Source of the DNA: Rhodospirillales bacterium
GTDB taxonomy: Bacteria > Pseudomonadota > Alphaproteobacteria > Reyranellales > Reyranellaceae
NCBI GenBank assembly: GCA_947469635.1
Contig: CANIRG010000001.1
Coordinates: forward strand, 2,824 to 66,823
DNA: 64,000 nucleotides
Direction of reading: 5' to 3'
The notes beneath the pieces were generated by a model. That model made no database searches and was not told the origin of the DNA. It saw only the letters and a program-made list of their open reading frames with translations. The position numbers and the translations under genes are program-made. Numbering within the stretch: the stretch's first letter is position 1; each line of letters opens with the position of its first letter. Below, one piece after another: positions 1-8,271 of this stretch.

Positions 1-502
1 GCGCGCCGATGGCGGTGCGGAACTCGGCCACCACATCGACGCCGGTAAGGCGGTTGTCGACGAACAGCACGCCGAAGTCGCTGTCGCCGGAGCGCATCGC
101 CTCGGCGATCTCGCTGGGGTGGATGGTGAGCACCCTGAAGTTGACGCGCGGATGGCGAGCGGCCATCTCTGCCACGACCTCGGGCAGGAAGCGGGCGAGC
201 ATCGATTCGAGCGAGACGATGCGCACCGTGCCGCTGACCGCGCCGCCCAGGCTCGCGATCTCCGCCCGCGCGCGCTGGAACTCGATCTGGGTCTCGCGGA
301 CATGGCGCAGCAGCAATTCGCCCGCCGCCGTCGGCCGCACACCGGCCCGGCCACGCTCGAACAGCGGCACGCCGATCTCGTCCTCCAGGCGCAGGATCTG
401 CCGGTTGACCGCCGAGGAGGCCACCGACAGTGACGCCGCCGCCTTGCGGATCGAGCCCTGGCGGGCGACATGGTCGAAATAGCGTAGAACCGCGGCATGC
501 AT
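1..502 (-). CDS. LysR-family transcriptional regulator (C-terminus runs off the window edge)
   Basis: Not in the ORF track. Manual reverse translation from ATG at 502 gives MHAAVLRYFDHVARQGSIRKAAASLSVASSAVNRQILRLEDEIGVPLFERGRAGVRPTAAGELLLRHVRET, a classic LysR winged-HTH. Divergent from the operon starting at 618. Confidence 0.93.
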   Translation of the reverse strand, partial: MHAAVLRYFDHVARQGSIRKAAASLSVASSAVNRQILRLEDEIGVPLFERGRAGVRPTAAGELLLRHVRETQIEFQRARAEIASLGGAVSGTVRIVSLESMLARFLPEVVAEMAARHPRVNFRVLTIHPSEIAEAMRSGDSDFGVLFVDNRLTGVDVVAEFRTAIGA

Positions 503-526
503 GGCAGGTGCCCTTCGGAGGGGTGC

Positions 527-539
527 TGCCGAAACGGCA
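527..539. promoter_or_regulatory. Putative LysR recognition site (T-N11-A dyad TGCCG-AAA-CGGCA)
   Basis: Perfect inverted repeat fitting T-N11-A, about 25 bp upstream of the LysR start, in the divergent intergenic region. Confidence 0.6.
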
Positions 540-617
540 TCGTCCCGCGCGCAAGAATGTTCTTTTCTAGAGCACCCGCCGTCAATAGCGTTTGTCATCC
601 GAACAGGGGGAATTGCC

Positions 618-1655
618 ATGGGTCAGCCGAAGTCATCCCGCGTGAGCCGCCGCACGCTCCTCCAGGGAAGCGCCGCCACCGCTGCCGCTGCCGCGTCTCT
701 CCTGCCGGCGGGCGGCTTCGCCCAGGCCAAGGTCCAGACGGTCAATCTCCAGCTCGGCTGGCTCGCCAGCAACAACCAGATCGGCGAGGTCGCCGCCAAG
801 CATCTCGGCTACTACGAGGAGGAGAAGCTCAACGTCGTCATCCAGCCGGGCGGGCCCAGCATCGACGGCGTCGCCATCGTGGCTTCAGGCCGGCACGAGA
901 TCGGCCAGGTCTCGTCGAGCCCGTCGCTGATGCTGGCGGCCTCGCAGAAGCTGCCGGTGAAGTGCTTTGCCACCGCCCTGCAGCAGCATCCCTATGCCTA
1001 CTTCTCCCTGCCCAAGAAGCCGGTACGCTCGCCCAAGGATCTCGTCGGCAAGAAGGTGGGGGTCCAGGCGACCGCCAAGATCCTGCTGTCGGCCCTGCTC
1101 AAGAAGCACGGCATCGAGGAGAAGGACGTCGATATCGTGATCATCGGCTCGGAGATGACGCCGATCCTGACTGGGCAGACCGACGTGGTGAGCGGCTGGG
1201 TCACCAACACGACGACTCTGAAGCCGCTCGGCCCCGAGCGCATCGACCTGCGCCTCTGGGATGCCGGCGTGCAGCTCTATGCGCTGCCGATGTACGCCAC
1301 GAAGGACACGATCGAGAAGAAGCCGGAGATGCTGGCCGGCTTCCTGCGGGCGACCGCGCGCGGCTGGGAGTACGCCTACAAGAACCCCGAGAAGGCGGCG
1401 GATTTCCTGCTCAAGGAATATCCCAACTTCAAGCGCGACGACGAGCTCGAGGCGATCAAGGCGATCATGGTCTTCGCCTTCAACGCCAACACCAAGGCCA
1501 ACGGCTGGGGCGCCTTCGACACGGCGGTGTGGCAGGAGCAGATCGCGCTCTACGACGGGCTGAAGCAGTTCACCGCCGGCGCGCCCAAGCTCGAGGATGT
1601 GATCACCACCTCGATCCTCGACGCGACCAAGGCCGTTCGCCCCAAGGTCGGCTGA
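618..1655 (+). CDS. ABC transporter substrate-binding protein, NMT1/THI5 (SsuA/TauA-like) family, Tat signal
   Basis: Start moved to ATG 618 (RBS-like CAGGGGG). SRRTLL twin-arginine leader; LQLGWL..., GYYEEEKLNVVIQPGGP, SPKDLVGKKVG motifs. Confidence 0.88.
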   Translation: MGQPKSSRVSRRTLLQGSAATAAAAASLLPAGGFAQAKVQTVNLQLGWLASNNQIGEVAAKHLGYYEEEKLNVVIQPGGPSIDGVAIVASGRHEIGQVSSSPSLMLAASQKLPVKCFATALQQHPYAYFSLPKKPVRSPKDLVGKKVGVQATAKILLSALLKKHGIEEKDVDIVIIGSEMTPILTGQTDVVSGWVTNTTTLKPLGPERIDLRLWDAGVQLYALPMYATKDTIEKKPEMLAGFLRATARGWEYAYKNPEKAADFLLKEYPNFKRDDELEAIKAIMVFAFNANTKANGWGAFDTAVWQEQIALYDGLKQFTAGAPKLEDVITTSILDATKAVRPKVG

Positions 1656-1657
1656 GC

Positions 1658-2464
1658 ATGGCCGTCGCGCTCGCCAAACCAGAGCCGTCCTTCGCCGCCG
1701 TGGGCGGGGCGGTGGTCTGCGAGCGTGTCACCGTGCGCTTCACCACCGAGCGCGGGACGGTGACGGCGCTGCAGGACATCGACCTGTCGATCCCCACCGG
1801 CAGCTTCCTCACGCTGCTGGGGCCGTCGGGCTGCGGGAAGTCGACGCTGCTGCGCGTCATGGCCGACCTGATCGAGCCGTCGAGCGGACGTGTCACCGTG
1901 CTGGGCGATGCGCCCACGGTGGCGCGGCGGCGTCGCGAGATCGGTTTCGTCTTCCAGGATGCGGCGCTCCTGCCGTGGCGGACGGCGATGGAGAACGTGA
2001 CGCTGCCGCTCGAGGTCGGCGGCGGCAAGGCGCTGCCCGGCGCTCGCTCACCGCACGAGCTGCTGAAGCTGGTCGGGCTCTCCGGCTGGGAGGAGGCCTA
2101 TCCGCACGAGCTGTCCGGCGGCATGCGCCAGCGCGTCGCCATCGCCCGCGCCCTGGTTTCGGGGCCGCGGCTCCTGCTGATGGACGAGCCCTTCGGGGCG
2201 CTCGACGAGATCACGCGCGACCGCTTGAACGAGGAGCTGCTGGAGGTCTGGCGCTCCACCGGCACCACCGTCGTCTTCGTCACCCATTCGATCTACGAGG
2301 CGGCCTTCCTCGGCGAGAAGGTGCTGTTGCTGGCGGCACGCCCCGGCCGGGTGCGCGAGCTCGTGCCGATCACGCTGCCCACGCCCCGGCGCCTGGCGAT
2401 GCGCGAGACGCCGGAGTTCGTGGCGCTGGCCGGCCATCTGCGCCGCGTGCTGGAGACCTGCTGA
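1658..2464 (+). CDS. ABC transporter ATP-binding protein (NitT/TauT type)
   Basis: Walker [10 protein letters not shown], signature LSGGMRQR, Walker B LLLMDEPFGALD. True start MAVALAK at 1658. Confidence 0.93.
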   Translation: MAVALAKPEPSFAAVGGAVVCERVTVRFTTERGTVTALQDIDLSIPTGSFLTLLGPSGCGKSTLLRVMADLIEPSSGRVTVLGDAPTVARRRREIGFVFQDAALLPWRTAMENVTLPLEVGGGKALPGARSPHELLKLVGLSGWEEAYPHELSGGMRQRVAIARALVSGPRLLLMDEPFGALDEITRDRLNEELLEVWRSTGTTVVFVTHSIYEAAFLGEKVLLLAARPGRVRELVPITLPTPRRLAMRETPEFVALAGHLRRVLETC

Positions 2465-3315
2465 TGGCCAATACGACGCTTTCTCCCATGGCGATGGGCG
2501 GCGGCGCCTTCGTCGACGATGCCGAGGCCCAGGCGCGATTCGCGGCGCGGCAACGCTATCTTGCTCGCCGCCGCCGCATCCTGCCGGTCGTCGCCGTGCT
2601 CGGCCTGCTTCTGATCTGGTGGCAATCGGTCGAGATCTTCGACATCAAGCCGTTCATCGCCCCCTCGCCGGTCGCGGTGGCGCAGGTGCTCTACGAGCGC
2701 TTCGGAATGCTGATGACCAACCTGCTGCCGACCGCCATCGAGGCGGTCTGCGGCTTTGCCCTGGGCAATATCGCCGCCATCACGCTGGCCACCGCCTTCG
2801 TCTACAGCAAGACCACCGAGGAGGCCTTCTTCCCCATCGCCGTGATGGTCAACACCATCCCGGTCGTCGCCAAGGCGCCGATCCTGGTGCTGCTGCTGGG
2901 CAACGGCATGGAACCCAAGATCGCCATCGCCGCGCTCATCTGCTTCTTCCCAACGCTGGTGAACATGACGCGCGGCCTGCGCGACGTGCGAACCGAGCAG
3001 CTCGAATTGATGCGCATCCTGTCGGCCACGCCGCGCGAGGTCTTCTTCAAGCTGCGCGTGCGCAACGCAATGCCGTACCTGTTCTCGGCGCTCAAGATCG
3101 CGGCCTCGACGGCGGTGATCGGCGCCATCGTCGGCGAATGGATCGGCTCGACCAAGGGCATCGGCGCGCTGATCATCCATGCCACGCACAATTTCGACTC
3201 GCCGCTGCTCTACGCCACCATCGTCGTCGGCTCGACTTTCTCCGCGCTGTTCTTCGGTGTGATCTCGTTCGCCGAGCGGCGCGTGCTGCGCTGGAACGTC
3301 GGCCAGAATTCCTGA
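2464..3315 (+). CDS. ABC transporter permease (NitT/TauT type)
   Basis: Hydrophobic TM segments, APSP motif, GAIVGEW. ATG overlaps the upstream stop (TGATG). Confidence 0.9.
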   Translation: MANTTLSPMAMGGGAFVDDAEAQARFAARQRYLARRRRILPVVAVLGLLLIWWQSVEIFDIKPFIAPSPVAVAQVLYERFGMLMTNLLPTAIEAVCGFALGNIAAITLATAFVYSKTTEEAFFPIAVMVNTIPVVAKAPILVLLLGNGMEPKIAIAALICFFPTLVNMTRGLRDVRTEQLELMRILSATPREVFFKLRVRNAMPYLFSALKIAASTAVIGAIVGEWIGSTKGIGALIIHATHNFDSPLLYATIVVGSTFSALFFGVISFAERRVLRWNVGQNS

Positions 3316-3326
3316 GGAGGCATCCC

Positions 3327-4682
3327 ATGTCCGCTACGCCCCAGTATATCGCCGAGCCCGGCGGCCAGGTGCCGGTCGCGGCCGTGTCCGACCTGGTCGT
3401 GGTCGGCGGCGGACCTGCGGGGATCGCGGCGGCGGTTGCGGCTGCACGCAACGGCCTCTCCGTCACCCTGCTCGAACGCTATCCCTACCTCGGCGGCCTG
3501 GCGTCGGGCGGTATGGTCCTGGTGCTCGACGACATGTGCAACGGCGAGGAGATCGCCGTGCGCGGCCTCTGCGCCGACCTGATCGAGCGTATGGAGCGGA
3601 TGGGGCTGGCGGTGACGCCACCCGAATCAGATCGTCGCTCCGATCCGGCGATGTGGCGCAAGTGGTCGCGCTGGGGCGTCTTCGACTTCACCTCGCATCA
3701 GAAGCCGCAGCCGATCGTCTATGCCGCGGCCTTTGATCCAGACGGCTTCAAGCGTGCCTCCAACGACATGGTCGCCGAAGCCAAGATCAATCTGCGTCTT
3801 CATAGCTGGTTCAGCCGCGCGATCGTCGAGGACGGCGCGATCAAGGGCGTGATTTGCGAGAGCAAGGAGGGCCGCCAGGCGATCCTCGGCAAGATCGTGG
3901 TCGATGCCACGGGCGACCTCGACGTCGCTGCTTCCGCCGGCGCGCCCTTCATCGAGGGCGCCTATATCGTCACCACCGTGTTCCGCCTGGGCGACGTCGA
4001 TATCGCCGAGGCCGAGCGCTTCGAGTACGAGGAGCCGGAGGCCTTCAAGGCGATCGACCGCGAGGCCAAGCGCGCCATCGGCGGGTCGTGGGACAAATGG
4101 TGGCTGAAGACGCCGCTGCCCGGCGTGGTGTGGTGCAACTGCCCGCACATGGCCAACTACGACGGACTCAAGGTCGACGACCTCACGCGCGCCGACTTCG
4201 AGGGCCGGAAGCGGATCGCGGCCCTGGTCGGCCATCTCCGCGCCAAGATGCCGGGCTTCCGCGACTGCTTCGTGGTCGACGTGGCGCCGCAACTCGGCAT
4301 CCGCCAGACGCGCCTGCTGGAAGGCCTCTACGTCGTGACCAAGGAGGACGTGGCCGAGCGCCGGCACTTCGCCGATTCAGTCGCGCGTGGCCGCGACTAC
4401 TACACGCCCTATCGCTCCCTGCTGCCGCGTGACGTGCAGGGGCTGATCGTGGCCGGCCGGCACTATTCGGCGACGTCGTCGGCGCAGCGCATGTCGCGCG
4501 AGATCCCGCCGTGCATGGCGATGGGCGAGGCGGCCGGCGTCGCGGCGGCGCTGGCGCTCGAATCGGGCGTCGGTCTCGACCGGATCGATGTCGGCGCCTT
4601 GCAGATGCGCCTGCGCGCGCAGGGTGCCGATCCCGGTGATGTCCCGGCCGGCAATGCCACCGTGTTGAAAGCTGCCGAATGA
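3327..4682 (+). CDS. FAD-dependent oxidoreductase (FAD_oxidored family)
   Basis: Rossmann motif DLVVVGGGPAGIAAAVAAARNG, DATGDLD, GIRQTR, PYRSLLP..GLIVAGR..S, CMAMGEAAG. RBS GAGGAGG upstream of ATG 3327. Confidence 0.88.
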   Translation: MSATPQYIAEPGGQVPVAAVSDLVVVGGGPAGIAAAVAAARNGLSVTLLERYPYLGGLASGGMVLVLDDMCNGEEIAVRGLCADLIERMERMGLAVTPPESDRRSDPAMWRKWSRWGVFDFTSHQKPQPIVYAAAFDPDGFKRASNDMVAEAKINLRLHSWFSRAIVEDGAIKGVICESKEGRQAILGKIVVDATGDLDVAASAGAPFIEGAYIVTTVFRLGDVDIAEAERFEYEEPEAFKAIDREAKRAIGGSWDKWWLKTPLPGVVWCNCPHMANYDGLKVDDLTRADFEGRKRIAALVGHLRAKMPGFRDCFVVDVAPQLGIRQTRLLEGLYVVTKEDVAERRHFADSVARGRDYYTPYRSLLPRDVQGLIVAGRHYSATSSAQRMSREIPPCMAMGEAAGVAAALALESGVGLDRIDVGALQMRLRAQGADPGDVPAGNATVLKAAE

Positions 4683-5863
4683 GCACGTCCAGTGATGCAG
4701 CCCAGCCCCTGTCGGGCGTGCGGGTGCTCGACTTCACCCAGGTCATGATGGGCCCGTGCGCCACACAGATGCTGGCGGACTATGGCGCCGACGTGATCAA
4801 GATCGAGCGTCCCGGCGCCGGCGACCTGTCGCGCACCGCGCTGGCCGACGATCCCGACGGGCTGAACAATCCGGTGTTCCGCAGCCTCAACCGCAACAAG
4901 CGCTCGATCGCGCTCGATTTGCGTGGCGAGGCCGGCAAGGCAGTCGTCTACGACATGGTGAAGACCGCTGATGTCGTCGTGAACAACTTCCGCGCCGGCG
5001 TCATGGATCGCATGGGCTTCGGCTACGAAGCGCTGCGCAAGATCAACCCGCGCATCATCTGCGCCTTCGGCTCGGGCTTCGGCCAGAAGGGGCCGTTCTC
5101 GCACAAGGGCGGCCAGGATATCCTGGCCCAGGCCACCAGCGGCGTGATGGCACGCAAGCCCGACAAGCACCTCCCGACCACGCTCTATTCGACGGCGCTG
5201 GCCGATTATTCCGCCGGCATGCACATGGTGCAGGGCATCCTGCTCGCCCTGATGCAGCGCGAGAAGACGGGTGTCGGCCAGTCGGTCTCGGTGTCGCTCT
5301 ACGATTCGATGCTGGCGATGCAGATGCAGGAAGCCTCGATGTGGCTGGCGCGCCAGCGCGAGCTCAACTGGGGATCGTTCCCGCTGACCGGCGTGTTCGA
5401 CACGACCGACGGCGCGCTGGTGATCGTCGGCGCCTTCAAGGCCAATCCGCTGCAGGATATCTGCCGCGCGCTCAGCCTGCCCGACCTGTCGGCCGATCCC
5501 GACTTCGCGAGCTTTGCCAGGCAGGTCGAGAACAAGGTCGAGCTGCACAGGCTCTTCCGCAGCAGGATCTCGACCAACACCACCGAATTCTGGCTGGGCA
5601 AGCTCGAGGAGCAGGACCTGCTCTGCGCGCCGGTGCAGACGCTGGGCGAGGCGTTGGCCTCCGAGCAGACGGCGGCCAACGAGATGGTGATATCGCTCGA
5701 CGCGATGAGGCTGGTCGCGTCGCCCATCACCATGGAGCCGTCCGCCTTCAAGCTGCGCCATGCGCCGCCGACGCTGGGTGAGCATGCAACGGAGATCCTG
5801 GGCGAGCTGGGCTACGGGCCGGACCGGATTGGCGAGCTGCGCACCGCCAAGGTGTTCTCATGA
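4679..5863 (+). CDS. Family III CoA-transferase (CaiB/BaiF)
   Basis: PLSGVRVLDFTQVMMGP, GADVIKIERPGAGD, NRNKRSIALDL, DVVVNNFR, catalytic ALADY, PPTLGEH. Confidence 0.93.
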   Translation: MSTSSDAAQPLSGVRVLDFTQVMMGPCATQMLADYGADVIKIERPGAGDLSRTALADDPDGLNNPVFRSLNRNKRSIALDLRGEAGKAVVYDMVKTADVVVNNFRAGVMDRMGFGYEALRKINPRIICAFGSGFGQKGPFSHKGGQDILAQATSGVMARKPDKHLPTTLYSTALADYSAGMHMVQGILLALMQREKTGVGQSVSVSLYDSMLAMQMQEASMWLARQRELNWGSFPLTGVFDTTDGALVIVGAFKANPLQDICRALSLPDLSADPDFASFARQVENKVELHRLFRSRISTNTTEFWLGKLEEQDLLCAPVQTLGEALASEQTAANEMVISLDAMRLVASPITMEPSAFKLRHAPPTLGEHATEILGELGYGPDRIGELRTAKVFS

Positions 5864-6623
5864 CCATCCGCTTCGCCGTCGCCGACCACGTCGCGCGGGT
5901 GACGATCGACCGGCCCGACCGTATGAACGCCATCGACGAGGCGTCGGAGGCGGAGCTGATCCGCATCTGGGGCGCCATTGAGAAGGACGATTCGGTGCGC
6001 TGCGTCGTTGTCACGGGAGCAGGCGAGCGTGCCTTCTGCACCGGCGCCGACATGAAGCAGAGCGGCAACAAGACCGGGCTCGAGTATTGGGCGGCGACGC
6101 GGCCCGGCGGCTTCGGCGGCCTGTCGTTGCGCGACACGCTCGACGTGCCGGTGATCGCCCGCGTGAACGGCCACGCGCTGGGCGGCGGCATGGAGATGGT
6201 GCTGGGCTGCGACATCGTCGTGGCGGCCGACAACGCCAGCTTCGGCTGTCCCGAGCCGCGCGTCGGACGGCTGGCGCTGGAGGGCGGCATCGCCCAGCTG
6301 CCGCGCCGCATCCCGCATGTCTGGGCGATGGGCATGCTGCTGACGGGGCGGCGGAGGCCTTGCGCTTCGGCCTGGTGAACGAGGTCGTGCCGCAGGCCGG
6401 CCTCGACGAGGCGGTCGACAAATGGGTGAGCGACATCCTCGCCTGTGCGCCGCTCTCGGTGAAAGCGGTGAAGCAGATGGTACGTCGTGGCGCGCAGCTC
6501 TCGCCGCAGGAGGCGCAGATGCTGCGCGTGCCGGCACTGATCGCTGCGCTCAATTCCACCGACCAGGACGAGGGCGTGCAGGCCTTCGTCGAGAAGCGCG
6601 CGCCGGTCTGGCAGGGAAGATGA
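5860..6623 (+). pseudogene. Enoyl-CoA hydratase/isomerase (crotonase), frameshifted near 6347-6354
   Basis: The N-terminal frame (5860) has IDRPDRMNAID, AFCTGADM, GGGMEMVLGCD, FGCPEPRVG ... GMLLTGRR. The C-terminal half [15 protein letters not shown]...[17 protein letters not shown] continues in another frame to 6623. Confidence 0.85.
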
Positions 6624-6946
6624 CCTACGTCGTCACCTCGACCTGCATCGATGTGAAGGACGGGATCTGCCAGAAGGTCTGCCCGGTGGAGTGCATCTAC
6701 GAGGGCGGGCGGATGATGTACATCCAGCCCGACGAATGCATCAATTGCGGCATCTGCGTCTCGGTCTGCCCGGTGCAGGCGATCTTCGAGGATGAGGATG
6801 TGCCGGCCGCTGAGCAGCCCTTCATCGCAGCCAATGTGGCGTTCTTCGGCAAGGACGTGACCGGCTGGGGCGCGCCGGGCGGCGCCGATCGCAACCACGT
6901 GAGCCCGCTCGATGTGCCGATCGTGCGCGACTGGCGCTCCGTGTAG
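6620..6946 (+). CDS. Dicluster (7Fe-type) ferredoxin
   Basis: [29 protein letters not shown]...[22 protein letters not shown]: one canonical CxxCxxCxxxCP motif plus an N-terminal 3Fe-4S-type Cys pattern. ATG overlaps the crotonase stop. Confidence 0.92.
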   Translation: MTYVVTSTCIDVKDGICQKVCPVECIYEGGRMMYIQPDECINCGICVSVCPVQAIFEDEDVPAAEQPFIAANVAFFGKDVTGWGAPGGADRNHVSPLDVPIVRDWRSV

Positions 6947-6966
6947 AGGCCGCGCAGACTGCGAGG

Positions 6967-8157
6967 GTGCGCCTCGCTCTTTTCATCCTGCTCGCGATCG
7001 TCGGTGCGTCTTCATCCGTCTCGGCACAGACGGCGTCCCTGGCCTGCAACCAGAAGCCCGGCGGCCGCGCCTATTGGGCCGAATACGCCTACTGCGACCT
7101 CCCGGTGAACGGTCCGGCGCGGGCTCAGGGTCTCGTCCTCTGGAGTCATGGCGTCTACGGCGACCGCGACCAGTACAACGCGCCGCTGCCGCCCATCGTG
7201 CGGGCGATGGCGGTGCGCGGCTGGGACGTCGTGCGGATCAACCGCAACAATCTCCATGAACGCGGCTGGTCGACCTCCGGTCCACGGCATCGCGACGATG
7301 CGCTCGAGCGCGTCAAGGCGGCGAAGGCGCAGGGCTATCGGCACGTCATCCTCGCCGGCCAGTCCTATGGCGCGGCGATCTCGCTCGAGGCCAACGCGCG
7401 CTCCTCGGCCATCGACGGGGTGCTTGCCCTGGCACCGACCCACGGCAGCGACGCGGGCCAAGCCGAGGGCAGGGAGATCTATCGCAACCTCGAGCGCTAT
7501 CTGCTGGAGGCTGTGTCGGCACAGAAGGGCGGACGCGTCGTCGTGCTCGTTCCACCTTCCGACCTGAACCAGCCTGGCCGGACGGTAGCGGCGGGAGGCA
7601 GGCTCAAGGCGTCTCTGGCAGCGACCGGTCGCCCCTATGTCGCGTTCGACGAAACGCTGCCAATCCGCGGTCATCTCGCCGGCTACGCCAGCCAGTTCGC
7701 GGCCTGGTTCGGCGATTGCGTCATCGGCTTCCTCGATCCGGCCCAGCCGGTCGTCGCTGGCGAGACGGTGTGTCGAGCCCCCAGCCCGCTGCCGCGCTTC
7801 CTCTTGCCTGCCGACCTCCAGCGCCCGACGCCCGGGACCGACGGGTCGGCGAGCTGGCTCGGCGCCTGGGAAGGGACGATCACGCAGCATCGGGCCGAGC
7901 TGCTGGTCGTCGTCGAGGCATCAACGACGGAGGCGGCGACGGTCGTCTATGCGACGGGCGCCGGGCCGAAGCAGGATCTCGACATGGGCTATAGCCGCTA
8001 CACCAATGCACGTCTCGTGAACCGAAGCCTTGTCATCGATCTCGGTCGAGGGAGCAGGTTCGTCATGACCCTGTCGGCCGATGGGCGCAGCGCTGCCTAT
8101 CAATACTCGGGCGCCGGCAGCGAGACGATGACCGGCACGCTCCTGCGCGCACGATAG
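6967..8157 (+). CDS. Secreted alpha/beta-hydrolase-fold protein with extra C-terminal domain
   Basis: GTG start, Sec-type signal peptide, VLWSHG oxyanion motif, nucleophile elbow GQSYG, candidate catalytic His in IRGHLAG. Confidence 0.7.
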   Translation: MRLALFILLAIVGASSSVSAQTASLACNQKPGGRAYWAEYAYCDLPVNGPARAQGLVLWSHGVYGDRDQYNAPLPPIVRAMAVRGWDVVRINRNNLHERGWSTSGPRHRDDALERVKAAKAQGYRHVILAGQSYGAAISLEANARSSAIDGVLALAPTHGSDAGQAEGREIYRNLERYLLEAVSAQKGGRVVVLVPPSDLNQPGRTVAAGGRLKASLAATGRPYVAFDETLPIRGHLAGYASQFAAWFGDCVIGFLDPAQPVVAGETVCRAPSPLPRFLLPADLQRPTPGTDGSASWLGAWEGTITQHRAELLVVVEASTTEAATVVYATGAGPKQDLDMGYSRYTNARLVNRSLVIDLGRGSRFVMTLSADGRSAAYQYSGAGSETMTGTLLRAR

Positions 8158-8271
8158 TCGAGACGAATGATTTCGTCCGTCGGCTCAACTCGCGCTTAAC
8201 GCCAGCGAGCGGGTGCTCTAGTCTCCGCTCCAACGCGGCAAGCCGCGACAAGAAAATCTCAGAGGAAACAC

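Noticed and set aside
9-482. Plus-strand ORFs at 9-482 and 119-433
   Set aside because: They are antisense to the LysR gene, which is clearly supported on the minus strand.
503-617. TPP riboswitch upstream of the THI5-like binding protein
   Set aside because: No TGAGA/CCCT..ACCTG TPP core visible; the region is short and explained by LysR control.
497-2464. 655-aa ORF suggesting a large N-terminal fusion to the ABC ATPase (also long N-extensions at 2619, 1975, 27277, 52202)
   Set aside because: The extensions overlap real upstream genes in another frame and have no protein-like features; internal starts with RBS or stop overlap explain the genes.
6345-6357. Programmed ribosomal frameshift in the crotonase
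   Set aside because: No canonical slippery heptamer, and conserved residues appear to be missing, which fits a deletion better.
8158-8271. Small hairpins (GACGAA-TGAT-TTCGTC; CGCGGC-AA-GCCGCG) as an ncRNA or riboswitch
   Set aside because: Short stems are common in GC-rich DNA and I recognise no RNA family motif.
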